A stretch of 63,226 bases of DNA, the filler included. It is 6 parts of 6 records of this genome, joined end to end, with 100 filler letters (N's around TTAATTAATTAA, not from the genome) between each part and the next. Parts side by side here need not be neighbours in the genome. Positions count along the whole stretch, not along the records: positions 1 to 18,360 come from SRR31156797_1786; positions 18,461 to 28,769 come from SRR31156797_1788; 4 more parts are not named here. One strand, 5' to 3'. Below are positions 10,325 through 20,562 of the stretch, piece by piece. The number at the start of each line of letters is the position of its first letter. Within the stretch, counting starts at the first letter, position 1. A model generated the notes under the pieces. The model worked only from the letters and a program-made list of their open reading frames with translations, made no database searches and was not told the origin of the DNA. The position numbers and the translations under genes were made by a program.

Positions 10325-11767
10325 CTATTTGTCTTTCAGTTCTATGGTGCGGAATATGTTGTGTCCCTGACGTTTCAGGAGCAGCATAATCAGCCCGCGT
10401 TTTTTGCCTTCGGTGTTGATTATCTTTTGGAGATCCTTGATGGAATTCACCTTGTGCTGGTTCGCTTCCATAATTACGTCGCCAACTGCGATGGCTGCAT
10501 CTTCGGCAGGGGTGCCCTGCATAACTTCGATGACCAGCAGACCTTCGGGTCTGTCGAGTCCGAGGGATTCAGCTTCAGGCTTGCGGTTGACCCTGCGGAC
10601 TACCAGTCCAAGGTCATCAAGGTTTTCTTCCGCTGCCTTGGGGGACATCTTTTCGGCCTCGGCTACAACGTTCTTACCGTTGCGTTCGCCAAGCACGATG
10701 CGCAGGTTCTTTTCACGTCCTTTGCGCCAGACTTTTACACTTACTGCCTTGCCCGGGGGCAGGGCTGCTACTGTGCGCAGCAGATCATTGGTGTCATCTA
10801 TCTTTTCGCCATCAATTTTGAGGATGACGTCGCCAACCTTCATGCCGCCCTTATCTGCGGGGTCACCGGGATTGACGGAGTTGACCAGCGCACCTTTTTC
10901 TCCTTTGAGGCCCAGAGCCTTGGCGGTTTTTGCATCAGCGTCCTGAATGGTCACGCCGAGCCAGCCTCGACTGACCTTGTGGTCGGTCTTAAGCTGGGAA
11001 ATGACGTTCTCAGCCATGTTACTGGGGATGGCAAAGCCGATACCCTGACCGCTGGCGATGATGGCGGTGTTGATACCGATAACGCGTCCTTTCAGGTCGA
11101 TGAGCGGTCCGCCTGAGTTGCCGGGGTTGATGCTGGCGTCGGTCTGAATAAAGTTATCAAAAGGCCCAGCGCCGATAATGCGGCCCTTGGCACTGATAAT
11201 TCCCTTGGTCACGGTGTGTCCCAGACCGAAGGGGTTACCGATGGCCAGTACCCATTCGCCCACTTCGGCTTTCTCCGAGTTTGCGAACTCAAGGAAGGGC
11301 AGGTCTTTTTTTACTTCTATTTTTAAGAGGGCAAGGTCGGTTTCCTTGTCGCGGCCAATAATTTTTGCCGGGTATTCGTGCCCGTCATTCTGTAGTTTGA
11401 CCGTGATTTCATCAGCAGAAGCGACAACATGGTTGTTAGTGACCACGTATCCGTCTCTGGAAATGATGAAACCGGAACCCAGAGAACCTGTTTTGCGTTT
11501 TTGCTTGGGCTGGTTGTTGTTTCCGCGATTATTGAATTGCTTGAAGAAATCCTCGAAAGGATTGTTTCCGCCTTTGCCGTGGAATTTGAAAAAGTCTTCC
11601 ATGGGATTCCCCACTTCGACCATTTTCACAGTGTTGATGTTGACCACGGCGGGGCCGCATTTCTTAGCCAGTTCCACAAAGGAAGGCAGCCCGTCCGCTT
11701 GAGCGTATACGGGCAGGATGAGTACAGTGATGAGAGCAAGTAATCCAATATAGCGTTTTAATTTCAT
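10325..11767 (-). CDS. DegQ/HtrA periplasmic serine endoprotease with two PDZ domains
   Basis: Signal peptide, GSGFIIS, TNNHVV, TDASINPGNSGGPL, RGWLGV; GGAGG RBS before ATG at 11767. Confidence 0.95.
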   Translation of the reverse strand: MKLKRYIGLLALITVLILPVYAQADGLPSFVELAKKCGPAVVNINTVKMVEVGNPMEDFFKFHGKGGNNPFEDFFKQFNNRGNNNQPKQKRKTGSLGSGFIISRDGYVVTNNHVVASADEITVKLQNDGHEYPAKIIGRDKETDLALLKIEVKKDLPFLEFANSEKAEVGEWVLAIGNPFGLGHTVTKGIISAKGRIIGAGPFDNFIQTDASINPGNSGGPLIDLKGRVIGINTAIIASGQGIGFAIPSNMAENVISQLKTDHKVSRGWLGVTIQDADAKTAKALGLKGEKGALVNSVNPGDPADKGGMKVGDVILKIDGEKIDDTNDLLRTVAALPPGKAVSVKVWRKGREKNLRIVLGERNGKNVVAEAEKMSPKAAEENLDDLGLVVRRVNRKPEAESLGLDRPEGLLVIEVMQGTPAEDAAIAVGDVIMEANQHKVNSIKDLQKIINTEGKKRGLIMLLLKRQGHNIFRTIELKDK

Positions 11768-11906
11768 GTAACCTCCTCGTAATGCCACCCGGAAAACGGG
11801 ATAGGCGGCACTTCCTCAGTATAGTCTTGTTTTTTCAAATGTAAATAGTGTGTGGGATTTTATAAGACGCAGGTGGGGATTCTTCCTTGAAAGGGGGCAT
11901 GTTTGT

Positions 11907-12704
11907 CTATTTGGGGTCTTGCAGGTTATCTGCTTCTATTTGCTTAAAATATTTTAGTGTCTTGACTTTCAATTCCATGGTTGCGTCTTCGTCGCAGATA
12001 AGAATGCCCTTGCGATGCAGTTGAAGGGCCGAGACAGTCCAGAGGTGGTTTACCCCGTGTTCTACCGCGTATGATACGGCTAGGGCCTTGTTTAAGCCGG
12101 AAGCAAGGATGATCACTTCCTTTGAGTCCAGCAGGGTTCCCACCCCTACAGTGAGGGCGTATTTGGGTACATCTTCTATGTTGTTATTGAAAAAGCGGGA
12201 GTTGCCCATGCGGGTTTCAAGGGTCAGGGTTTTGATGCGGGTGCGGGATGAAAGGGAAGAGGCCGGTTCGTTGAAAGCTATGTGCCCGTCGGTTCCCACT
12301 CCGCCAACGAAAATGTGGATTCCGCCGTAATTAATTATATTTTGCTCGTAGGCCTCACATTCCGCTTCCGGGTCGGGGGCGTTGCCGTTTAGCAGGTTTA
12401 TATTTTCCTTCGGGATATCGATATGTTTGAAAAAGTTTTCATACATATAGTAGTGGTAGCTTTGGGGGTGGTCCTCCGGCAGGCCTACATATTCATCCAT
12501 ATTAAAAGTCACAACATGTTTAAAACTAACCTTCCCGGATTGATGTTGATTTATCAGTTCCCGGTACATACTTATGGGGGTCCCCCCGGTAGGCAGTCCC
12601 AGCACAAAAGGTTTTTCTTTGCTTGGGGAAAACATCCTGATTTTTCTTGTTATATAATGGGCGGCCCACAAGCCGGGATTATTTTTCAGTGGAATGAGTC
12701 TCAT
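11907..12704 (-). CDS. nagB: Glucosamine-6-phosphate deaminase
   Basis: [30 protein letters not shown]. Confidence 0.96.
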   Translation of the reverse strand: MRLIPLKNNPGLWAAHYITRKIRMFSPSKEKPFVLGLPTGGTPISMYRELINQHQSGKVSFKHVVTFNMDEYVGLPEDHPQSYHYYMYENFFKHIDIPKENINLLNGNAPDPEAECEAYEQNIINYGGIHIFVGGVGTDGHIAFNEPASSLSSRTRIKTLTLETRMGNSRFFNNNIEDVPKYALTVGVGTLLDSKEVIILASGLNKALAVSYAVEHGVNHLWTVSALQLHRKGILICDEDATMELKVKTLKYFKQIEADNLQDPK

Positions 12705-12841
12705 GCCTTCCTCCATGCATTAATATTCTTATTTCAGCTACAGTATATGCATTTTTTGGGCAAGATGAGGACGTATCTTGACGTTTCGAAGAACCATTAA
12801 TATTTTTAGCGTTCAAATTTTACAACAAACTTGGAGAATAT

Positions 12842-13216
12842 ATGGATCAGTCAGCAAATTTAAGGGCGGAATACGAAAACAAACTCAAGGAATACGAGAA
12901 GGATGGTGATTCCAAAGGTAAGGCTGAAACCCTTTATGAAATGGCAAAGCTCGAAATCAGTGAAGGGAATCAGGAGCAGGCTTTGCTCATGCTTATGGAA
13001 GCATATTCACGGTTTCAGAAACTGGGCGAATCTAAAGGTCACTGCTTTGCCGGGGAATTGCTCGGTCAGCTTCTTTTTGTCTCCGGCAACCGGCAGGATG
13101 GACTGGCTGTTGTGCGTGAGGCTTTCCGGGGATTCACTGAGATGGGTATGGCTGAAGAGGCTGAAAAGACTGGACAATTGCTTGCCGTTATGGAAGAGCA
13201 TGCCGCAGGGGAATAA
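12842..13216 (+). CDS. Small TPR-like helical hypothetical protein
   Basis: GGAG RBS; amphipathic helical repeats (AETLYEMAKL, FAGELLGQLL). Confidence 0.7.
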   Translation: MDQSANLRAEYENKLKEYEKDGDSKGKAETLYEMAKLEISEGNQEQALLMLMEAYSRFQKLGESKGHCFAGELLGQLLFVSGNRQDGLAVVREAFRGFTEMGMAEEAEKTGQLLAVMEEHAAGE

Positions 13217-13229
13217 ATTTTATCAAAAC

Positions 13230-13272
13230 AAAAAGGCCCGCAATTTCTCGAATGAAATTGCGGGCCTTTTTT
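13230..13272. terminator. Bidirectional intrinsic terminator
   Basis: AAAAGGCCCGCAATTTC...GAAATTGCGGGCCTTTTTT between convergent genes. Confidence 0.85.
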
Positions 13273-13285
13273 ATTGGAATGAAAA

Positions 13286-13999
13286 TTAATTTTGATCCAC
13301 ACGCAATTCAATGGCATCAAAACGCCAGTATTCGTGTTCTACTGTAAGTACGGTGTTTCTACCGTCTGTTTTGATGCGTCGTACGTAAATGCCCGGAGAG
13401 CCGTGAGTAATCCCAAGTTGAGAGGTTACATCTCTTGGCAGCAGGAGTGGTCTTATCAGTAGGTTCCTTTGCTTCAGACTCAGTCCGTAATCCTCTTCTA
13501 CCACCTGAGTCATGGCCCGTTCGGCAGTCTTTGGAACAATGCCTTCCAGTTTTTTCGCATTCAGATAGTTCAGAGTCCGGGCCACCTTCTGATCGTCGAT
13601 GAAGAAGGTGTTCTCCATGGAGTAAACTTCCGTCCCGGCAGTAAATCCATCATCTGTATATGTTTCCATGTCTTCTTTAATAGTGATGATGCCGTTGTCT
13701 TCTGTGGTCCAGTCTGCTTTTCGGCCCTGCGATGCGGCTAATTGGGCGAAGTTAACGTGATCTGCTGGGTTGTAGATCATGCGGATTGGATTTACATACC
13801 AACCTTTTCTCTCCAGCCTGAAAATCTTACCGTCACGCTGCAATTTGAGTAAGGCGTGGCGGGTGGTATTTCTATTCAGGGACAGTTCGGCACAGAGAGC
13901 GCGTTCAGAAGGTAGTTTGTCTCCCGGTTTCAACTCTCCTGAAGCGAGTCGGTTCAGGATCAGGTCCTGCACTATTTCGTAATATCTGGTTTTTTTCAT
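13286..13999 (-). CDS. GntR/HutC (UTRA) regulator, PhnR-like
   Basis: GDKLPSERALC HTH, RKGWYV, C-terminal EYWRFD; start set at MKKTRYY. Confidence 0.85.
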   Translation of the reverse strand: MKKTRYYEIVQDLILNRLASGELKPGDKLPSERALCAELSLNRNTTRHALLKLQRDGKIFRLERKGWYVNPIRMIYNPADHVNFAQLAASQGRKADWTTEDNGIITIKEDMETYTDDGFTAGTEVYSMENTFFIDDQKVARTLNYLNAKKLEGIVPKTAERAMTQVVEEDYGLSLKQRNLLIRPLLLPRDVTSQLGITHGSPGIYVRRIKTDGRNTVLTVEHEYWRFDAIELRVDQN

Positions 14000-14090
14000 G
14001 AGTAGATTATGTTTTTGAGCGTTCGAGTTTTTAACTTTGGCACATAATTTTTGCATAGTCATCACGGATTTGTAACTTTTTTTCTGAAAT

Positions 14091-14104
14091 CTGGGTTAAA
14101 CCAG
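14091..14104. promoter_or_regulatory. Candidate GntR/HutC operator
   Basis: Near-palindrome CTGGGTTAAACCAG in the divergent regulator/transporter intergenic region. Confidence 0.45.
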
Positions 14105-14299
14105 TTGAGCTGTTCTTGGCAACAGTGTATCACGGTTGCATACAGTGAGTTATCAGGATGGCTGTCTCCGGTTGTGGAAGTGATTCTGCGTCCGGGTGAA
14201 CAGCAATATCTATGCAGCGCAAATCCGTATCATGTGTTATACGGACTGGAATTCCCTCACAATGTTGCGTTGTGAAGTTTTGAGGGTGGAGGTAGTTAA

Positions 14300-15310
14300 A
14301 TGGCTCTTTTTCGTACTTCTTTTATTTGTCTGTTGATTGTGGCTATGGCATCTATTGCTCAGGCTGATACCTTGGATAACGTCAAGAAAGACGGATTCCT
14401 CAAGGCTGGTACCCATATTGAAAACCCCGGTTTTTCCGCTCTGGACAGCAATGGTAACCGTGTTGGTTTTGATGTTGACTTCATTCGCGCAGTTGCTGCT
14501 GCTGTTGATGTTCCTGAAATCAAATATACCCCGCTCACTTCCAAAGAGCGTCTGCCTGCTTTGCAGTCCGGTGAAATTGATCTTCTCTCCCGTACTACCA
14601 CCCACACCATGAGCCGTGATGTCAAGCTCGGTCTCGATTTTACCGTGACCACCCTTTATGATGGTCAGGGTATGATGGTTCGCAAGGAACTCGGTATCAC
14701 CGATGCCAAGGATCTGGACGGCGCAACTGTATGTCTGCAGACCGGTTCCACCACCGAATTGAACATTTCCGATTACTTCCGCAAGCACGGTATGAGTTTT
14801 ACTCCTGTTGTTTTCGACAAACAGCCTGATGTACGTAAAGCTTATGACACCGGACGTTGTGACGTTCATACCACCGATGTCTCCGGCCTTGCTGCACAGC
14901 GTTCTCTGATGGAGAAACCTGCAGATCACATTATCCTTTCCGAAGTTATCTCCAAGGAACCCCTCGGTCCTGTTGTGCGCCACGGCGACAACCAGTGGTC
15001 CGACATCGTTCGCTGGACTATCTGGCTGACCATGGCTGCTGAAGAAAAGGGTGTTACTCAGGCTAACGTTGAAGAAATGTACGCCAAGAGCAAGGACCCC
15101 GAAGTGCAGCGCATGCTGGGTAAAACCGGTTCCCTGTGGACCGATCTCGGCCTTGATAAAGGTGCACCCGTACGTATCATCAAGACCGTCGGTAACTACG
15201 GTGAAATTTTTGACCGTAACCTCGGCCCCAAAACTCCCCTGCGCATGGAGCGCGGACTCAATAAGCAGTGGAATGAGGGCGGACTCATCTACGCACCTCC
15301 TTTCCGCTAG
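14300..15310 (+). CDS. aapJ: Amino acid ABC transporter substrate-binding protein (AapJ/BztA-type)
   Basis: Signal peptide, ALQSGEIDLLSR, YDGQG, ISKEPLGP, VGNYGEIF, YAPPFR. Confidence 0.9.
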   Translation: MALFRTSFICLLIVAMASIAQADTLDNVKKDGFLKAGTHIENPGFSALDSNGNRVGFDVDFIRAVAAAVDVPEIKYTPLTSKERLPALQSGEIDLLSRTTTHTMSRDVKLGLDFTVTTLYDGQGMMVRKELGITDAKDLDGATVCLQTGSTTELNISDYFRKHGMSFTPVVFDKQPDVRKAYDTGRCDVHTTDVSGLAAQRSLMEKPADHIILSEVISKEPLGPVVRHGDNQWSDIVRWTIWLTMAAEEKGVTQANVEEMYAKSKDPEVQRMLGKTGSLWTDLGLDKGAPVRIIKTVGNYGEIFDRNLGPKTPLRMERGLNKQWNEGGLIYAPPFR

Positions 15311-15329
15311 GTCTCTATAGTATAGTATT

Positions 15330-15361
15330 CGCGCCGGGAGTCTTCCCGGCGCGTTTTTTTT
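15330..15361 (+). terminator. Intrinsic terminator/stabilising hairpin after SBP gene
   Basis: CGCGCCGGGA/TCCCGGCGCG followed by a T run. Confidence 0.8.
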
Positions 15362-15384
15362 ATTTTAATAAAAGGTTTTTTTAT

Positions 15385-16764
15385 ATGTCCGAACGTTTAG
15401 CACCGCAGGAAAAGGTTCCTTTCTGGCGTAGTCCGCAGGGAAGGGCCTGGATGTTCCAGCTCTGCATGGTCGGTGGTTTTCTCTGGCTGGCAGTTTCCAT
15501 GTACCGGAATACATTGGTCAACCTGAAAACCCGTGGTATCAGTTCCGGTTTCGGTTTTCTTGGTAATGAAGCCGGATTCCGCATAGGCGAGGTAACCGGG
15601 ATCCCATTGCCGCAGGGCGGATTACTCTGGTTTTTACTCAGCCTTGTGGCCGGTCTTGCTGTTTCGCAGCTTATTTCTCGCCATCTGAAGAGCAAGTCAG
15701 AGCGGCCCATGAACAGCAAATGGCTCTCGGTCTGTCTACTGTTCAGCATCGGGTTGCCCATGTTGATTTTGTATGTTTTCCGGGACAGCGTTGAAATCGC
15801 ACACTATACCGAATCTTCAAGTTATTTCATGGCTCTGCTCAACGGGCTGGGCAATACCTTGAAGGTCACGGTTATCGGTTGTGTGGCTTCGACCATTCTC
15901 GGGTTGCTGGTGGCGCTCGGACGACTTTCTCCAAACTGGCTGCTTTCCAATATCTGTCGTTGGTATGTGGAGCTTAACCGTAACCTGCCGGTCCTGCTGC
16001 AATTGTTTTTCTGGTATTTCATCGTTCTGCAGCAGCTGCCAAATGTTCGCAAGTCCATTGATCTCGGTGGCTGGCTGATTCTCAATAAGCGCGGGCTTTA
16101 TCTGCCTTCGTTGGTTCCTCAACAGGGGGCGTGGCTTTTTAGTGCTGCCGTTGTGGTCGGGCTAGCCGCTATCTGGGTCATCCGCAGGCGGGCTAAGCGC
16201 ATTCTTGATGAAACAGGGGTACCAGTAAAAATCTTATTTCCTTCCCTTGCTGTGCTGATCGGCCTACCCGCATTGGCATGGCTGGTTGGTGGACAGCCTT
16301 TTACCCTCGATTTCCCAGTACTCAAGGGTTTTAACTTCAAGGGCGGAACCGGGCTGACTCCGGAATTTACCGCGCTGGTTGTCGGGCTGACAGTATATGT
16401 TTCCGCTTTCAACGCCGAGATCATCCGTTCCGGTATTGAGGCTGTTTCCAAGGGACAGCGTGAGGCTGCCCGTGCTCTGGCAATGAATGAACGCCAAGTC
16501 ATGCGTATCGTCATCCTGCCGCAGGCCATGCGCATTATCGTTCCACCTATGACCAGTGAATATCTGGCTATCGCTAAGAACAGTTCGTTGGCTGTGGCTA
16601 TCGGTTATCCTGAATTTGTCAGTGTTGGTGGAACTATCCTGAACCAGTCCGGTCAGGCGGTGGAGATTGTGGGAATCTGGATGGGGGTTTACCTGTGCAT
16701 TTCCCTGCTGATTTCTTTTGGGATGAATATTTACAACAGCAAAGTTGCGTTGGTGGAGAGGTAG
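15385..16764 (+). CDS. aapQ: Amino acid ABC transporter permease (AapQ-type)
   Basis: AEIIRSGIEAVSKGQREAARAL (EAA loop), KNSSLAVAIGYPE. Confidence 0.88.
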   Translation: MSERLAPQEKVPFWRSPQGRAWMFQLCMVGGFLWLAVSMYRNTLVNLKTRGISSGFGFLGNEAGFRIGEVTGIPLPQGGLLWFLLSLVAGLAVSQLISRHLKSKSERPMNSKWLSVCLLFSIGLPMLILYVFRDSVEIAHYTESSSYFMALLNGLGNTLKVTVIGCVASTILGLLVALGRLSPNWLLSNICRWYVELNRNLPVLLQLFFWYFIVLQQLPNVRKSIDLGGWLILNKRGLYLPSLVPQQGAWLFSAAVVVGLAAIWVIRRRAKRILDETGVPVKILFPSLAVLIGLPALAWLVGGQPFTLDFPVLKGFNFKGGTGLTPEFTALVVGLTVYVSAFNAEIIRSGIEAVSKGQREAARALAMNERQVMRIVILPQAMRIIVPPMTSEYLAIAKNSSLAVAIGYPEFVSVGGTILNQSGQAVEIVGIWMGVYLCISLLISFGMNIYNSKVALVER

Positions 16765-16767
16765 ATT

Positions 16768-17856
16768 ATGGTTCAAGATATTCCTGACAGACAGCCCCCG
16801 GCAACTCAGGTGGGGGTAATCGGATGGGTGTGCAAGAACCTGCTCTGCCCGTGGTATAACGCCGTACTGACCATTGTTTCCTGCTGGGCCATCTGGTCGG
16901 CGGTTGCCCCCTTTTGGGAGTGGGCAGTGACTAATGCATCCATCTCCCTCGACCCGGCTGTAGCCAAAGAGCACACCGGTGCTGCGTGGGGCTTCATTCG
17001 CGATATGTGGCCCGTATTTATGACCGGGGTTTACCCGGCTGAAGAGCGCTGGCGCCCGTTAATTGCCCTGTGCATTGTGGTGTTACTGGTCAGCCTCAGC
17101 CTTGTGGCATCATTTCGTCGCAGTCGTTGGCTTAAGATTCTTTGGTTTGTATCACCCATTGTTGTTTTCGCGCTGGTCTACGGCGGCGGAATCACTGGGC
17201 TGCCCGTGGTGGGAACCCACTATTGGGGCGGCTTGATGCTGACCATTATGCTTTCCATTGTCGCCATGCTGGCTGCTTTTCCCATCAGTGTGCTGCTCGC
17301 TTTGGGCCGCACTTCGGATATGCCCATCGCTAAACCATTTTGCGTGGCCTACATTGAGCTTATCCGTGGCGTGCCGCTGATCACTCTCTTGTTCATGGCC
17401 TCGGTGGTCCTGCCTTTGTTCCTGCCTTCGGGCATGGAGCTGGATAAGGTCCTTCGTGCTTTGGTGGGTATCACAATGTTCTTCTCCGCCTATCTTGCGG
17501 AGAATATCCGTGGTGGTTTGCAGGGTATCAGCAAAGGGCAGTACGAGGCGGCAGATGCTCTGGGTATGAGCTATTGGAAAAAAACTATTGTGGTAGTTCT
17601 GCCGCAGGCTTTGCGCATTGTTATCCCGCCCATGGTCAACAACTTTATCGGGATTCTGAAAGATACTTCCCTCGTGGGCATCGTCGGTCTGGTGGATCTT
17701 TTGCAAATTGCATTTGCCACCACTTCCAATCCTAAGTGGTTCGGCAGGCTGGAAGAAGCTTATGTGTTCATTGCCTTCTGGTATTGGATTCTTTGCTACG
17801 CCCTTTCCAGCTACAGCCAATACCTTGAACGAAAGATGCCTTCCGCAAGTAAATAG
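16768..17856 (+). CDS. aapM: Amino acid ABC transporter permease (AapM-type)
   Basis: WGGLMLT, IRGVPLIT, GQYEAADALG, KDTSL. Confidence 0.88.
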   Translation: MVQDIPDRQPPATQVGVIGWVCKNLLCPWYNAVLTIVSCWAIWSAVAPFWEWAVTNASISLDPAVAKEHTGAAWGFIRDMWPVFMTGVYPAEERWRPLIALCIVVLLVSLSLVASFRRSRWLKILWFVSPIVVFALVYGGGITGLPVVGTHYWGGLMLTIMLSIVAMLAAFPISVLLALGRTSDMPIAKPFCVAYIELIRGVPLITLLFMASVVLPLFLPSGMELDKVLRALVGITMFFSAYLAENIRGGLQGISKGQYEAADALGMSYWKKTIVVVLPQALRIVIPPMVNNFIGILKDTSLVGIVGLVDLLQIAFATTSNPKWFGRLEEAYVFIAFWYWILCYALSSYSQYLERKMPSASK

Positions 17857-17870
17857 AGGAGAAATATATA

Positions 17871-18360
17871 ATGACAACCGCACATATAAATACAGCAACA
17901 CATCTCGGGGACAGCCCGGTTGTGATCGATATACAGGGCCTTAATAAATGGTACGGGCAGTTTCACGTACTTAAAGAGATCAACCTTCAGATCCGCCAGC
18001 AGGAAAAGGTAGTTATCTGTGGGCCGTCCGGGTCTGGTAAATCAACTCTTATCCGGACCATCAACAGGCTGGAAGAGCATCAGGAAGGTGCTATCGTGGT
18101 CGACGGTGCGCCGCTGACCAACGATGTGAAGCAGATTGAGCGCGTCCGCCGCGAGGTGGGCATGGTTTTTCAGCAGTTCAATCTGTTTCCGCATATGACC
18201 ATCCTCGACAACGTCATTTCCGGTCCCATTCATGTCCGTAACATGCCCCGCAAGCAGGCCATGGATCTTGCCCATTCTTATCTTGAGCGGGTTGGAATTG
18301 CTGAGCAGGCCAATAAGTTTCCGGGCCAGCTGTCCGGCGGTCAGCAGCAGCGTGTAGCAA
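17871..18360 (+). CDS. aapP: Amino acid ABC transporter ATP-binding protein, 3' truncated at contig end
   Basis: GPSGSGKS Walker A, FQQFNLFPH, LSGGQQQRVA. Confidence 0.9.
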
Positions 18361-18460
18361 NNNNNNNNNNNNNNNNNNNNNNNNNNNNNNNNNNNNNNNN
18401 NNNNTTAATTAATTAANNNNNNNNNNNNNNNNNNNNNNNNNNNNNNNNNNNNNNNNNNNN
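18361..18460. other. Artificial contig spacer
   Basis: N44-TTAATTAATTAA-N44 (stops in all six frames). Confidence 0.98.
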
Positions 18461-18867
18461 TGGCCGTCGAGGACAGCCTGATCGTCGCCCTGCCGCACCG
18501 CCATTTCCTGGACGTGATGGAAAGACACCCGCGCGTCGCCCGGCGCCTGATGCAGCGGCTGGCGCGCATGGTGCGGGCTTCGACCGAACGGATCATGGAT
18601 CTGAGCACGCTCGCCGCCAACAACCGGGTCCAGGCCGAACTTCTGCGTCAGGCCCGCGAAATTGCCGGTGACGAGAACGTCGCCGAGATCAAGCCGATAC
18701 CGGTTCACAGCGATATCGCCAGCCGGGTCAGCACCACACGCGAGACCGTTGCCCGCGTTTTGAGCGACCTGACCCGCCAGGGAATCGTCCAGCGGACCAA
18801 GGATTCTTTGGTCATTCGCGATGTCGAGAAGCTCGATGACATGGTCGAGGAAGTGCGCGGGACCTGA
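18461..18867 (+). CDS. Crp/Fnr family transcriptional regulator, 5' truncated
   Basis: Frame is open from the contig start; HTH HSDIASRVSTTRETVARVLSDL. Confidence 0.88.
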
Positions 18868-18940
18868 ATTTTTCTTTTGATTGCAATCTATTGGCTAAAA
18901 AACGACGTCCCAAACGGGGCGTTATTTTTTTTATCGGCCC

Positions 18941-18956
18941 TGTGATTTGTATCACA
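18941..18956. promoter_or_regulatory. CRP-type operator
   Basis: Perfect TGTGA-N6-TCACA (TGTGATTTGTATCACA) next to a Crp-family gene. Confidence 0.6.
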
Positions 18957-19041
18957 TGCAACTGATTTGCAACGAGGCAAACTAACCTTACTGACGGTCC
19001 AGCCACAGGGGTTGGATTTGAAGGCGAAAAGGAACGGCACA

Positions 19042-19137
19042 ATGGCAACAGCAAAGGCATTCGCAGTCGCCGCCACTGTCACCCTGATCATGATGGCCTT
19101 CTACTCGTCAACGGAATTGGCGATAGCGCCTTTCTAG
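19042..19137 (+). CDS. Unannotated 31-aa hydrophobic small protein MATAKAFAVAATVTLIMMAFYSSTELAIAPF
   Basis: AAGGA RBS, single TM/signal-like stretch, upstream CRP box, downstream terminator. Confidence 0.55.
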   Translation: MATAKAFAVAATVTLIMMAFYSSTELAIAPF

Positions 19138-19208
19138 TAAGTTTGCAGGAGCATCGTTCTCTACTACCCCTATTACCCCCCTATCCGATCTTCCCTCAAG
19201 AGCAGACT

Positions 19209-19237
19209 AGGCCACCTTCGGGTGGCCTCCTTTTTTT
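19209..19237 (+). terminator. Intrinsic terminator
   Basis: AGGCCACC-TTCG-GGTGGCCT then CC and T7. Confidence 0.85.
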
Positions 19238-19716
19238 GTGGTTCCGGCCTTTCGACCGGCCTTTGAAAATGACGATTTTCCGGTCTCGCGATTAGGGGGC
19301 AAGCCCTTGAATGAAAAGGGTAATCCGGAATTTGCACGCAGCAAAAATCGTCATCCATCGTCATTGATCGTCATTTTGGCGATTTCACCAACGATTTCAG
19401 CGCCTTGACCGGCGGCCGACCGATGCTATTGGGACGCTACGTCCGGGCATGACATGCCGCCCCTCACCGACGGGTCGCGGCAATCTGATTGACGGTCCAA
19501 AGAACAGATATAGGAATAATAGCATATAATAGCTCAAAATGTCAAGGCAAGACATTGAAGCCGATGCGCGGCTTGCCGCAAAACCGATGCGTGAACGAAA
19601 TCGGTTCAATTCGGGTGAATATGATATATAAGGTCAGCGATTATCCAGAACGTTGACATGTTATTCGGGCACCGCACGCGTTCATATCGGTCAAGCCACT
19701 TTGAGAAGAGGAAACC

Positions 19717-20562
19717 ATGCCGCATTCCAGCAAGGTCAAATCAAACGAGGCGGGCAATAACCGAATGATCTCCGCGCAGCGGTACGCGTTCATCCTCGAC
19801 ATCCTCCGGGACCGGGGAATTGCATCGGTGCAGGAATTGTCGGACCGGATGGGGGCGTCCTTTTCGACCATCCGCCGCGATCTCGATCATCTGGCCAAGG
19901 ATGGATCGGTCGTCAGGACCCGGGGCGGCGTAACGTTGCCCGGCGGTAACAGCAGCCTGCTTGCCGAGGTCGACCTCGACGACAACGGGCTCAGCGGGGC
20001 CAGTGCGGAAGCCAAGCGGGCGATGGCATTGACGGCGGCGGAGCGGATCGAGGACGGGCAAAGCGCCCTCCTGAGTTCGGGGCCGATCATCGAGGAAGTC
20101 GCCAGGGTGCTGGTTGCCGGAGGCAGACGGTTTACCGCCGTGACCAACAACCTGAAGGTCGCTTTCATTCTCGGCCGATCGCAGCATGCGCGCCTGGTCG
20201 TCCTTGGCGGGACCATGCGTCGCGGATCCTTCACCATGGTCGGAGAACCGGGGCAGACCTTCCTTGAGCGGCTCCATGTCGATATTGCGCTGATCACCGC
20301 GCAGAGTGTTTCGAGCGGGATCATCACGGCCAATTCGGTTGAGGTCGCAAGCATGAAGCAGGCGATGATCAACGCCGCCCGCAAAAAAATCATTCTCGCC
20401 GATACATGGAGTTTCGGCGGCTCCGCATTTTGCGATGTGGCCCCGGTCGAGGACATCGACGAGGTGATCGTCGCTTCGTCGCTGTCGGAGCGCGAGAGGG
20501 CGAAGCTCCTGTCCATGGACGTTGTCACGACCGTCGTGGATGTCGGACCGGAAGCCGAATAG
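19717..20562 (+). CDS. DeoR/GlpR family transcriptional regulator
   Basis: SFSTIRRDLDHL, RTRGG, VTNNL, KIILAD. Confidence 0.92.
   Translation: MPHSSKVKSNEAGNNRMISAQRYAFILDILRDRGIASVQELSDRMGASFSTIRRDLDHLAKDGSVVRTRGGVTLPGGNSSLLAEVDLDDNGLSGASAEAKRAMALTAAERIEDGQSALLSSGPIIEEVARVLVAGGRRFTAVTNNLKVAFILGRSQHARLVVLGGTMRRGSFTMVGEPGQTFLERLHVDIALITAQSVSSGIITANSVEVASMKQAMINAARKKIILADTWSFGGSAFCDVAPVEDIDEVIVASSLSERERAKLLSMDVVTTVVDVGPEAE

Noticed and set aside
14037-14056. Sigma54 promoter TGGCAC...TTGCA upstream of aapJ
   Set aside because: GG-to-GC spacing is 12 nt rather than the required 10.
18405-18416. TTAATTAATTAA repeated five times as a biological motif
   Set aside because: It is always centred in N runs and is an artificial six-frame-stop linker. 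ORFs ending in 'LIN' are artefacts.
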